Positions 41,080-50,571 of a stretch of DNA of 56,727 bases are shown one piece after another. The position numbers and the translations under genes were made by a program. This DNA is from an uncultured Halobacteriales archaeon (GTDB taxonomy: Archaea; Halobacteriota; Halobacteria; Halobacteriales; Hikarchaeaceae): assembly GCA_964542445.1 (NCBI GenBank), contig CAZITY010000002.1:30340-87066 (forward strand), in the 5' to 3' direction. Position 1 is the first letter of the stretch. Each line of letters opens with the position of its first letter. The notes under the pieces were generated by a model. The model saw only the letters and a list, made by a program, of their open reading frames with translations, did not search any database and had not been told where the DNA came from.

Positions 41080-41821
41080 ATGGAATGCCCGAGTTGTGGT
41101 GATGATTTCCAGAAAATTGGAATGCACTGGTGGCATGGGACATGTCCTTATCCAGAAATCGAGGCTTGGCAGCGAGAGATGTTTATCGGGGCGTTAATGG
41201 GAGGATGGATCGATTCCGGCTTCCCCTGGTAACAGCATTTTTAGGTTACCTATGATCAACCGTACGTTCCTTGAGTGGTTTGACAACGCGATGGGGATCT
41301 TCACGAACGGAGTCCATTTGAAGAAAACGGCTTCTGAGGCCGCTTACCACGCTAAATCTACTGGATTCAGTCCTACTGCGGAAAGCGAAAACTATCACGA
41401 CATCTATACACTGTGGTCGAGAACCCATCCATTCTTTAACAAACTCCGCAAATGGTACAATACGGGCAGGAAACGGTTGCCTCAAAGTCTTGAATTAACC
41501 CCAATTATCACGAAATTATGGTATGTTTCGGATGGATATCTCGATGTGTGGCGATGGGGCCGACCGAGAATTGAAATAAAAGCCCGAAGTGAGAAAAATA
41601 ACGCTCCGTTTCTTCTTTCGTTGTTTCAGGATATCGGGTTCGATCCTGTGTATAAAAGACACGAGGTTCGGTTCACGTGTGATGACACTGAGCGGGTGAT
41701 TTCGTGGATGGGTCCGTCGCCGCCTGGATTCGAGTGCAAGTGGGAGCTCGAGTCTCGCGAACGCTACCGGCGGCTAAAAGCGAAAGCGTACTCTAAACAC
41801 GCTACGCAGACGTTCGACTAG
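41080..41821 (+). pseudogene. Zn-finger plus double-motif LAGLIDADG endonuclease-like gene with a +1 frameshift near 41203
   Basis: ATG 41080 gives MECPSCGDDFQKIGMHWWHGTCPYPEI...FIGALMG and then stops at 41232. Removing one G from ATG GGA G GAT restores GALMGDGSIP...LPMINRTFLEWFD, in frame with ORF 41252-41821, which carries a second motif LTPIITKLWYVSDGYL. Confidence 0.8.
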
Positions 41822-41971
41822 CGGTCCGTAGGGATTGATCCGACGAGGTCTACGAATAGGATCCCAAAGTAGATGACGAGGACCCGTCGTGAATACTAGA
41901 CTCCCCCCGCCATATCGCCCGTCAGGCGCCCCGAATCCTACTCGACTATCACCAGTAGCGAATTTGAAAAC

Positions 41972-42565
41972 TTAGGTTTGTCGGTCGATTACGGCCTTTG
42001 CTTCTTCAGCTGCTTGCCGCCACCCATATCCTTCCTCGAAGACATGGCGTTTTTTATCGACGACATCCTCCGGTGTCGTCTCCTCGAACCCACCGCGTTC
42101 CCACGCTCCGCTTTCCCGCAACCAATCGATCACATACGCGCGCGTTTCATCCCAACTAAACCCGACCATTTCGTACCACGCAATCATGGCAAAAACAGCA
42201 TTATCATGACACCCGGGGACACTCCCCTCTTGGTAAATGGTTCGCATCGGTTCGTGCGACGGTTCTTTAACGTGTTCTTTCCGATCAGTCGGCGTCAGCA
42301 ATTCGAGAATCCCGGAATCTGACTCTCTAACTCGATGTTCCCGTTGGAGCGTGTTCAACGTTGCCGTGTACTGGGGATTCCAATTCCCGTGGACTTGTTC
42401 TCTGAGGTCTTGTTCTCCCACGGGGTGCTGTGAAACACACGCGAAGATATCGATGTACGCTTTTTCTATCGCTGATCGAGTTGCGGTAGAAAATCGACAA
42501 TCAGTACCATGGAGTGTACTTGTCGTCCGACAATCCGGGCACGGATACTCAAAATACCCCGCCAC
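41972..42565 (-). CDS. Conserved haloarchaeal protein: N-terminal Zn finger, winged-helix-like middle, helical C-terminal domain
   Basis: YPCPDC....LH..DC at the N-terminus and GSVPGCHDNAVFAMIAWYEMVG.SW.ET...VI.WL at the C-terminus; GTG start at 42565 proposed. Confidence 0.8.
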   Translation of the reverse strand: MAGYFEYPCPDCRTTSTLHGTDCRFSTATRSAIEKAYIDIFACVSQHPVGEQDLREQVHGNWNPQYTATLNTLQREHRVRESDSGILELLTPTDRKEHVKEPSHEPMRTIYQEGSVPGCHDNAVFAMIAWYEMVGFSWDETRAYVIDWLRESGAWERGGFEETTPEDVVDKKRHVFEEGYGWRQAAEEAKAVIDRQT

Positions 42566-42701
42566 AGTATCCACTAGAACCCTTTCAATAAAAACCCAAC
42601 TGATCACTCCCCCATTTCTGATCCCCGCTCAACACACTCGTTTCCCCCTTAAATAGGGTGGACCGCGGAATTTAACCAATCCGAACTCCCAGTACAACGA
42701 G

Positions 42702-43760
42702 ATGGAAGCGATCCATGCGCGATATCCATTCCTAGCCGCTTCCAGAGACGCAGCGCAAAACACCACCGTCGAAATGACGGACATCGTTACTGACCAAAAT
42801 AATCCAATAATTCGAAGAGCAGTCAACCGCATCGAATCAGCAATCGAGACAAAAACAATCGGCACTCCACACCGGAACACTCGTGTCGAATTATTATCCT
42901 ATCCATTAGCCCGCGTAATCGTCTCACTCATTAACGAACCAGGACTCACCCGTCGATACGCCAATGCTGAAGCCCACACCGCCCACGATCGGTTCGTTTC
43001 GGATTTCGACCAGACAACTCAACTTCAAAGCGTCGAATCAACCAATCTCACCCCAAACGATCTTCTCAAAGAATTTGAACTGGATGCTTCTGTAACCGCA
43101 ACAAATGATCACTATCACATAGACGCAACCGCCTATCTCCGATTAGCAAGTTCGCTCACTGAGGGTACCTGGCGACTTGTCAATCGCACACTCACTAACG
43201 GCCAAGTCCGCATCTCCGAGCACGAACTATTCGTTATACTCCGAGAAGCCGTTCGCCAACGCGTCGAAGGTGACCTCCCTCTTACAGTTCCTGACCAGAT
43301 TAACAAAGCACTCACCCCCATTACTCGGGAAATCAGAAGCCTCGTCGCCGATATTGACCTTCCCGAAAATATCGGAACGAACAACCCCGATTTCTACCCG
43401 CCCTGTATCAAAGCACTCCTCGCCGCTGTCGATGAATCAACCACAATCCCGCCCCATTCGCAATTTACTCTTGTCACATTCCTCGCAAGCACTGGAATGC
43501 ATTCTGACGACATCATTGATCGCCTCAGCGATAATCCAACGATCAACGAAGCACACCTATCGTACCAACTGAACCATCTCCGTGAAACCCAAACGAGTCA
43601 ACCAGAAACACCTCCACCATCATGCGAATCAATGGTCGCATATGGCGACTGTCAAAACAAGGATTCACTCTGTGAAACGATCGCTCACCCCCTCAACTAT
43701 TATGATTCCCGGCTCACTAATCCCGCCTCCGCTCAAGCGTCCCGGCCAGAGAGCCAGTAA
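42702..43760 (+). CDS. priL: DNA primase large subunit
   Basis: HARYPFL, ELLSYP.AR, WRLVNR.L..G.V and four Fe-S ligand cysteines (PPC, PPSC, GDC, LC) before HPLNYY. Confidence 0.93.
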   Translation: MEAIHARYPFLAASRDAAQNTTVEMTDIVTDQNNPIIRRAVNRIESAIETKTIGTPHRNTRVELLSYPLARVIVSLINEPGLTRRYANAEAHTAHDRFVSDFDQTTQLQSVESTNLTPNDLLKEFELDASVTATNDHYHIDATAYLRLASSLTEGTWRLVNRTLTNGQVRISEHELFVILREAVRQRVEGDLPLTVPDQINKALTPITREIRSLVADIDLPENIGTNNPDFYPPCIKALLAAVDESTTIPPHSQFTLVTFLASTGMHSDDIIDRLSDNPTINEAHLSYQLNHLRETQTSQPETPPPSCESMVAYGDCQNKDSLCETIAHPLNYYDSRLTNPASAQASRPESQ

Positions 43761-43939
43761 CCAATCACGGACATAATGATAATAAATAACGCGAGCGCGG
43801 CAATCACTCCAAATCCACCAGTTGTCGAAAATCCTTGATCTCCAGCTAGTATCCCAATAACAATCAGCATCGAAACGAAAATCACGACACCAATTACGGC
43901 GGCGACGGTCTGCGTAACCATTTCGCGATCAAGGACCAT
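43733..43939 (-). CDS. Small two-TM membrane protein
   Basis: MVLDREMVTQTVAAVIGVVIF...GGFGVIAALALFIIIMSVIGYWLS; overlaps the priL 3' end convergently. Confidence 0.7.
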   Translation of the reverse strand: MVLDREMVTQTVAAVIGVVIFVSMLIVIGILAGDQGFSTTGGFGVIAALALFIIIMSVIGYWLSGRDA

Positions 43940-44092
43940 GCGATTCGATTCCCTTGCCCTCCTAAAAGCCCTTCTCTTCACTGAACTCCCCTAGGATGCA
44001 TATCAAACAATACTACTCCCAATCACTCAAGTGACTCACCCCGACATCCACCAGTATTTCATACCAATCACATTCGAATGATCCGTTACCAA

Positions 44093-44590
44093 TTAGAGAT
44101 CTAAAATATCAATCGCATCGTCAACCGATACATCACCTGACTGCACCGCATCCAGTACCGACCTGATCCCAGCTTCCTCATCCTCCTCACTTACCGATTC
44201 TCCCGCCGATAACTCACTGAGTTCCAATCCATCTCGTAACGCCCGCTCTTTTTTCACCCGATAATTCCCACTCTTCGTGGTATACAAATCATTCGGATGA
44301 AAAAAATACCAATCCTCACTATCAAACCGCACTCCAATCCGAGATTTCGCCCCGAAATTACGTGAAAAATAAATCAACGACTCAACTTCTTCCCCCGTGA
44401 GATAAATATGCTCACTCCCGCTTGATTTTGCCTCGATCGCATAGAACTCTCGTCCATTCCCAGCCAACACATCGGGTAAATCCCGATCCGTCGCGCTCCC
44501 ACTCGCGGGCGCTCGTATCACTGCAAACCCAGCCGCATCGAGCAACTGGACCAGTTCCCGTTCGGTTCGACTCCCCTTTTGATTCGACAC
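44093..44590 (-). CDS. hjc: Holliday junction resolvase Hjc
   Basis: [11 protein letters not shown]...[17 protein letters not shown] and IEAKS (PD-D/ExK). Confidence 0.96.
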   Translation of the reverse strand: MSNQKGSRTERELVQLLDAAGFAVIRAPASGSATDRDLPDVLAGNGREFYAIEAKSSGSEHIYLTGEEVESLIYFSRNFGAKSRIGVRFDSEDWYFFHPNDLYTTKSGNYRVKKERALRDGLELSELSAGESVSEEDEEAGIRSVLDAVQSGDVSVDDAIDILDL

Positions 44591-44704
44591 GCCTAGACAT
44601 TCCCCCTAACCCCTTTCAGTATATAAGGGTACGCACCACTCCGAGTAATCCCCAGCCAACAACTAACACGAAATTCTCCCCACTCCTACCCCCTATACCT
44701 ACCC

Positions 44705-45985
44705 CTAGGTACCATGATCCCATTCGTTTTGATATTCAACCTGTTCCTCACTCAATTCATCGATAGCAATCCCCTCAGCCCGCAATTTAATCTGCGCCAC
44801 CTCCCGGTCCAATTCATCCGGGACTTCATGCACGCCATCAGCATACAATTCCCCTGATTCCACCAACTCTCGAACCGCGACAGCCTGCATTCCAAAACTC
44901 TGATCCATCACCTCTACCGGATGCCCTAAGGCTACAGGCGCCGCAAGATTCACCAACCGGCCGTCCGCCAACACATTCAATCGTCTTCCATCAGATAACT
45001 CGTACTCAACCACCCCATCCCGAACTTCCCGCTTGGAATCTGCGAGTCGCGATAAATCATCAAGATTGACTTCCACATCAAAATGACCCGCGTTCGCAAT
45101 AATTACTCCATCCTGCATTTCCTGAAAATCAGGCGCCGTTATCACATCTCGATTTCCCGTCGTCGTCACAAACACATCACCTTCGCCCGCTGCTTCCCGC
45201 ATCGGCATAACCTCAAACCCTTCCATATGCGCTTCCAACGCCCGTCGTTCATCAACTTCCGTCACAATCACCCGGGCGTTCTGGCCCGCAGCCTTCTTCG
45301 CCACGCCTCTCCCACAATATCCATAACCAGCGACGACTATCGTCTTCCCAGCCCACGACAAATTCGTCGTTAACGCTATCACCGCCAACGACGACTCTCC
45401 CGTCCCATGAACGTTATCAAACAACCGTTTCATCGGTGTATCGTTCACCGCAAACACCGGATACCGCAACTCATCATCCGCATCCATTGATCGTAACCGA
45501 TGTACTCCCGTTGTCGTCTCTTCACACCCACCAATAATATCATCAAGTAACTCCTCATGCTCCCGGTGAATCGCGAATATCAAATCCCCACCATCATCGA
45601 CCGTAATTGTCGGATTATGATCGATTACAGCCTCAATACCTGAGTAATACTCATCCTCGGAGACCCCTCGCTTCGCATAACTCGTAACTCCCTCCACTCC
45701 ATCCAACGCCACACTCACATCATCGTGAGTGGATAACGGATTACATCCTGTAACAGCTACCGTCGCACCACCACTTGCTAATAATTTCACTAACACCGCA
45801 GTTTTCGCCTCAACATGCATCGCCATCCCAACGCGTTCCCCCGCTAATGGTTTCTCATCCCGAAACACCTCGTCTAACGCAGCAACGATCGGCATATGCG
45901 CCTCTGCCCACTCGATTTTCTCCTGCCCACTCGACAGCAACTCGGAATCAGCAGACAATTGGGATTTAATCGAGTCATAATTCAT
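44705..45985 (-). CDS. ahcY: Adenosylhomocysteinase
   Basis: MHVEAKT, CNPLST, DDGGD, EETTTG, K.LFDN.HGT, GYG.CG.G, GHF and GRLVNL. Confidence 0.97.
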   Translation of the reverse strand: MNYDSIKSQLSADSELLSSGQEKIEWAEAHMPIVAALDEVFRDEKPLAGERVGMAMHVEAKTAVLVKLLASGGATVAVTGCNPLSTHDDVSVALDGVEGVTSYAKRGVSEDEYYSGIEAVIDHNPTITVDDGGDLIFAIHREHEELLDDIIGGCEETTTGVHRLRSMDADDELRYPVFAVNDTPMKRLFDNVHGTGESSLAVIALTTNLSWAGKTIVVAGYGYCGRGVAKKAAGQNARVIVTEVDERRALEAHMEGFEVMPMREAAGEGDVFVTTTGNRDVITAPDFQEMQDGVIIANAGHFDVEVNLDDLSRLADSKREVRDGVVEYELSDGRRLNVLADGRLVNLAAPVALGHPVEVMDQSFGMQAVAVRELVESGELYADGVHEVPDELDREVAQIKLRAEGIAIDELSEEQVEYQNEWDHGT

Positions 45986-46064
45986 ACTACGAGGAATACT
46001 CCCGGCAATCAAAAACCCCAGTATTCCCACCCTCCGCTATCCATCGACGACAACACCCGAAACA

Positions 46065-47354
46065 CTAACGAGCCCGATCAACTAGCGCCTCTGCCTGCGC
46101 GACGGCCGATGCCACAACTTCCGACTCGTTCAGCGAAAGCACTTCCCGATCTCGCATCAACACAGACCCATCACAAACGGTATGACGGACATCACCGCCA
46201 TTCACTGCATACGCGATATTACTAACCAAATCATGTAACGGCATCAAATGCGGTTTCTCAACATCAACAACAATCAAATCAGCTTTCTTTCCCTCCGCAA
46301 TAACACCCGCATCAAACCCAAGCAACTGCGCCCCACATTTCGTCCCCATTTCACTCACTACCTCGGCTGAAACCGCACTCGCATCATCCGCCGCTATCTT
46401 CCCACTCATCGCTGCATCCCGAATCTCACCAAACATATCCAAATCATTATTCGACGCCGCCCCATCCGTCCCAATCCCCACCGTCACACCTGCATCCCAC
46501 AATTCCTGTACCGGTGCCAACCCACTCGCCAATTTCATATTCGACGCCGGACAGTGCACCACCGACGCCCCATTTGACGCCAGCAACTCAATTTCTTCCC
46601 GACTTAAATGCACCCCGTGCGCCACGAAATCACGCTCACGCAATATCCCCAGTTCGTCAGCATACGCCAACGGACGCATCTCGTGTTCCTCCACCACGGG
46701 CGAGACTTGATGCGCAATAGTCTCGTTCGCATGATAATGCACTGGCAACCCAGTATCCCGCGCAACACTCACAATCTCCCGCAAATCAGTATCACGAACC
46801 GTTGCCAAACTATGTGGCATCAACGCCGTATGAATCCGCCCATCACCTGACCCCGCATACGCCTTCGCGAACTCCACCCCTGTCTCCACATCCTCTTGTG
46901 CCGCCTCATCATCCTTCCCCACCGTCACAATCCCATGCCCGAGTACCGCCCGCAACCCAGCTTCCTCGACTACCTCGACAACTTCATCCATAAAAAAGTA
47001 CATATCAGCCAACGCCGTTGTCCCTGACTTAATCATCTCGAGCACCCCCAACGCAGCTCCCGCCCGGACATCCCCCGCAGTCAACTGCGCCTCAACCGGC
47101 CAGATGTCTTCTTCCAACCACGCATTCAACGGTTTATCATCCGCATACCCACGAAACAACGTCATCGCTGCATGCGTATGCGCATTCACCAACCCCGGCA
47201 TCACCAATCCACCCGCCGCATCTAACACCTCATCACCATCACCCTCCCCTACCTCCAGTATTTCCCCTGACTCCTCATCCACAAGCAGATCCGCCTCACG
47301 AACCGTCAAATCCGGTAACAACACCCGACCCCCGGTTATCCCCAACGTACCCAT
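46065..47354 (-). CDS. mtaD: 5'-methylthioadenosine/SAH (or 5'-deoxyadenosine) deaminase, amidohydrolase family
   Basis: PGLVNAHTH, H.HANE, AHGVH, HCPASNMKLASG and GTDGAASNN; adjacent to ahcY. Confidence 0.85.
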   Translation of the reverse strand: MGTLGITGGRVLLPDLTVREADLLVDEESGEILEVGEGDGDEVLDAAGGLVMPGLVNAHTHAAMTLFRGYADDKPLNAWLEEDIWPVEAQLTAGDVRAGAALGVLEMIKSGTTALADMYFFMDEVVEVVEEAGLRAVLGHGIVTVGKDDEAAQEDVETGVEFAKAYAGSGDGRIHTALMPHSLATVRDTDLREIVSVARDTGLPVHYHANETIAHQVSPVVEEHEMRPLAYADELGILRERDFVAHGVHLSREEIELLASNGASVVHCPASNMKLASGLAPVQELWDAGVTVGIGTDGAASNNDLDMFGEIRDAAMSGKIAADDASAVSAEVVSEMGTKCGAQLLGFDAGVIAEGKKADLIVVDVEKPHLMPLHDLVSNIAYAVNGGDVRHTVCDGSVLMRDREVLSLNESEVVASAVAQAEALVDRAR

Positions 47355-47436
47355 ACCTAGCCATATACACCCAACACTCTCAACCTGCCGATCAAGCTTC
47401 GAAAGACAGTTCCTTCACCCCATCGACTCTTAACTA

Positions 47437-48285
47437 ATGAGAATCGCGGTTCCGAACAAAGGCCGGCTTCACGACCCCACTCGCACACTCCTTGAACGAG
47501 CTGGGCTCCACATCGAAAATGGAGCCGAACGGAAACTCTACGCCAATACCATCGACCCAGATGTCACTATCCTCTATGTCAGAACCAACGATATCCCTCA
47601 ATACCTATCCGATGGCGCCGCCGACCTCGGCATCACTGGACTCGATCAAATCCGAGAAGCTGAAGTTCCAAACGTCGTCCCATTGCTCGATCTAGACTAC
47701 GGTCACTGCCGCCTCGTCCTCGCCGCCCCAGAAACCAGTGACATCACCACTGTGAACGATCTAACCGGAAAAACCGTCGCGACTGAATTCCCAAACATCG
47801 CCCGCGCGTACTTCGACGAACAAGGAATCACTCCCGATATCGTCGTAGTCAGCGGCGCAACAGAACTCACCCCACACGTCGACATGGCCGACGCAATCAT
47901 CGACATCACAAGTACCGGCACCACCCTGACCGTCAACCGACTCACGGTCATCGATGACGTTCTCGAAAGTTCCGTCCAATTGTTCGCTCGCGACGATATC
48001 GCTGACAACAAGAAAACCCGCCAAATCACTACCGCCCTCCAATCAGTACTAGCCGCGGAAGGCAAACGCTACCTTATGATGAATGCCCCTGCCGACAACT
48101 TAGACGCAATCAAGGACGTCCTTCCAGGGCTAGGCGGCCCCACCGTTATGGACATCGCTGGCGACAACAAAGTAGCGATTCATGTTGTTGTTGACGAACG
48201 AGATGTCTTCGAAGCCATCAATAACGTCAAAGACCACGGTGCAAGCGGCATTCTCGTTACAGAAATCGAACGAATGATCGAGTAA
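47437..48285 (+). CDS. hisG: ATP phosphoribosyltransferase (long form)
   Basis: [34 protein letters not shown] and a C-terminal regulatory domain. Confidence 0.97.
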   Translation: MRIAVPNKGRLHDPTRTLLERAGLHIENGAERKLYANTIDPDVTILYVRTNDIPQYLSDGAADLGITGLDQIREAEVPNVVPLLDLDYGHCRLVLAAPETSDITTVNDLTGKTVATEFPNIARAYFDEQGITPDIVVVSGATELTPHVDMADAIIDITSTGTTLTVNRLTVIDDVLESSVQLFARDDIADNKKTRQITTALQSVLAAEGKRYLMMNAPADNLDAIKDVLPGLGGPTVMDIAGDNKVAIHVVVDERDVFEAINNVKDHGASGILVTEIERMIE

Positions 48286-48348
48286 CTAGCCAACCCACCC
48301 AATCAATTTACTGATTCTATCATTAACCCGTACTTCGTCCCGAAAATC

Positions 48349-48909
48349 CTAATCGAGGAGATCCAACTCTTCAAGCCGTGACACAATCCGATCAACTGCA
48401 TGTTCCGCATCAACCGGTTGCTTCCCCCCCGTAATAACTAGCTTTCCCGAACCAAACAACAACGCAACCACATTCGGATCCTCTAACCGATACACCAACC
48501 CCGGAAACTGCTCAGGTTCATACTCAATGTTCTCTAATCCTAACCCAATAGCAATCGCATTCAAATTCAACTTCCGACCCAAATCCGCTGACGTAACAAT
48601 ATTCTGAACCACAATCTCCGGATTTTCATCAACTTGAATATCCAACTCGCGCAATTTATCGAATACAATCTCAAGGCTTTCATGCACATCATCTGTGCTT
48701 TTCGCCCCCGTACACACAATTTTACCAGATCGAAAAATAAGAGCCGCTGATTTAGGGTTTTGTGTTCGATAAACCAGCCCTGGGAACTGTTCAGGATCAT
48801 AATCAGCGCCTTCTAAATCCATCGCAACGCTTTGTAAATCAAGTTCCTGGCCGATCCCCGTAGAAGCAACAACATTTTCAATATTAATAGTATCCTTGGG
48901 ATCCGTCAT
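48349..48909 (-). CDS. tbp: TATA-box-binding protein
   Basis: Two repeats of NVVAS/NIVTS...Y.PEQFPGLVYR...LIF.SGK.V.TG. Confidence 0.98.
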   Translation of the reverse strand: MTDPKDTINIENVVASTGIGQELDLQSVAMDLEGADYDPEQFPGLVYRTQNPKSAALIFRSGKIVCTGAKSTDDVHESLEIVFDKLRELDIQVDENPEIVVQNIVTSADLGRKLNLNAIAIGLGLENIEYEPEQFPGLVYRLEDPNVVALLFGSGKLVITGGKQPVDAEHAVDRIVSRLEELDLLD

Positions 48910-48914
48910 CGTTC

Positions 48915-48944
48915 GCCTTAAAAAATGTATTTAAGGCCTATAAA
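48915..48944 (-). promoter_or_regulatory. tbp promoter: TTTATA box plus the 8-bp inverted repeat GCCTTAAA-N7-TTTAAGGC
   Basis: Inverted repeat at 48915-48922 and 48930-48937; TATA (minus strand) at 48939-48944; ATG at 48909. Confidence 0.5.
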
Positions 48945-49026
48945 GATTGGTAGTACGGATTAACCCCCTAAAATCACCGCGTCGGAATCCGCTATTCCTA
49001 TTTTCTTCACTCTCTGATTACGACGT

Positions 49027-50004
49027 GTGCACGTCCTCGAACTCGGTGGTCAGGACGATACCTACGCCGCAGCTGAAGCAGCGACCGCAGCGACCGATAT
49101 CTCTGTTATCGCCCCCGGACTCGCGCTCGCCGACTCTATTTCCCCAAATCGAATCCAGGGTCTGGCGTACACCCACCGTGCAAGTGAAGTACTCGGCGTC
49201 GTTACCCCGGAATTAGCACAAATAATACAATTAGTGACCGCTAGGAATATTGATCGTACCGGATCGATGGCGGTTCGCGCAAGGAATATTCGAGGGAAGG
49301 CGTCAATAAGTACCAAGCGCATCGAACGTGAAATTGGTTCGATATTAACGAACAAAGGGTTCGCAATCGATCTTGAGAACCCCACCCATGAGCTTCGAGT
49401 TCTCATCGGAGCCGAGATCTGTGTAATTGGATGGTTTGTCACCGCCAGCATCAGAGATTTTGGTTCCAGAGTCCCGACCAAACGACCATTCTTCCAACCC
49501 GGAACACTTCACCCGCTAGAAGCGCGTTCCATCGTGAATCTTGCCCACGCTCAACCTAACCGATTGATATTCGATCCAATGTGTGGGACAGGAGGGTTTC
49601 TTATCGAAGCCGGCCTGCTTGGCGCGAAAACCATTGGAATGGATTCACAATACAAAATGGTCGCCGGAACTAAACGGAACTTGGAGCACTATCTAACAGA
49701 CACTGGCTATCTGTTCCAAGGCGACGTCTCTCAAATTCCTGTCTGCGCCTCAGTTGATGCAATAGTGGTAGACCTACCCTATGGCAGGCAGTCTAAAATA
49801 TCTGGAAAATCCACCGACAATCTCTTGCATCGCCTGCTAACCGAAAGCCGAGCCGTTACAACCAGAATGATTTTGGTGAATAACACACCGGTACAGGCCA
49901 CCGCTACCGATTATAACTGGAACGTACATCACTGTTTTTCCAGACCGGTTCACCAATCACTCACCCGGTACGTCCACGTTTTAGGGGCTCAAGGCGAGTA
50001 CTGA
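49027..50004 (+). CDS. trmG10: tRNA (guanine-10) N2-dimethyltransferase (THUMP + SAM MTase)
   Basis: THUMP-like region, RPFFQPG, DPMCGTGG, DLPYGR and VH.SLTR. Confidence 0.85.
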   Translation: MHVLELGGQDDTYAAAEAATAATDISVIAPGLALADSISPNRIQGLAYTHRASEVLGVVTPELAQIIQLVTARNIDRTGSMAVRARNIRGKASISTKRIEREIGSILTNKGFAIDLENPTHELRVLIGAEICVIGWFVTASIRDFGSRVPTKRPFFQPGTLHPLEARSIVNLAHAQPNRLIFDPMCGTGGFLIEAGLLGAKTIGMDSQYKMVAGTKRNLEHYLTDTGYLFQGDVSQIPVCASVDAIVVDLPYGRQSKISGKSTDNLLHRLLTESRAVTTRMILVNNTPVQATATDYNWNVHHCFSRPVHQSLTRYVHVLGAQGEY

Positions 50005-50571
50005 CTCACCAGCCCGAACCGTATCCCCTTCCGAAACCAAAATCTGACTCTCGGTGACCGATGAAGGTAACCTGACATCAACGCGGCTCCCGAACGCGAT
50101 GTGTCCTACTCGATCACCGCGACTAACGGTATCATCAACCGACACATAGGTAGTGATACGCCGGGCGATGCTTCCAGTTATTAACGTTAGGTCATAAGTG
50201 TCGAATCCAATAGTGACGTGCGCATTCTTCTGTGCGCCTGGGAGAAATGCGGGACGATGTCCACCTGATTCTCTCTTTATTGATTCTACTGTCCCTCCAA
50301 TCGGGGCTCGGTTTACATGAACATCGGTCACGTTCATGAAAATACTGACTTGCACTCGACCATTTTCCTCACTGACCCGTTGAACCCGACCATCAGCTGG
50401 CGCAACAATTCCATCTGTGGGGATAGCTCGATCCGGATCTCGATAAAACCACAACACGCCCCCACTCAGAACTAACAAGCCTAGGCCGAGGAATGGCGTC
50501 ACCACCAAACCCAGCAATCCGAACCCACCCACAACGAGTGCGTATTTGTACGCCCCTGGTGCGAATTGCAT
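49981..50571 (-). CDS. psd: Archaetidylserine (phosphatidylserine) decarboxylase proenzyme
   Basis: FYRDP.R, APADG, FMNVTDVHVNRAP, ARRI and the FGSRVD self-cleavage motif. Confidence 0.9.
   Translation of the reverse strand: MQFAPGAYKYALVVGGFGLLGLVVTPFLGLGLLVLSGGVLWFYRDPDRAIPTDGIVAPADGRVQRVSEENGRVQVSIFMNVTDVHVNRAPIGGTVESIKRESGGHRPAFLPGAQKNAHVTIGFDTYDLTLITGSIARRITTYVSVDDTVSRGDRVGHIAFGSRVDVRLPSSVTESQILVSEGDTVRAGESVLALSP

Noticed and set aside
41822-41960. Short repeats (GACGAGG twice, GGGAT/ATCCC) as a possible CRISPR remnant or MITE
   Set aside because: Only 5-7 bp matches, with no regular spacing, terminal repeats or target duplication.
43733-50004. Convergent 3' overlaps (priL with the small membrane gene, 28 bp; trmG10 with psd, 24 bp)
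   Set aside because: Short convergent overlaps are common in compact archaeal genomes.
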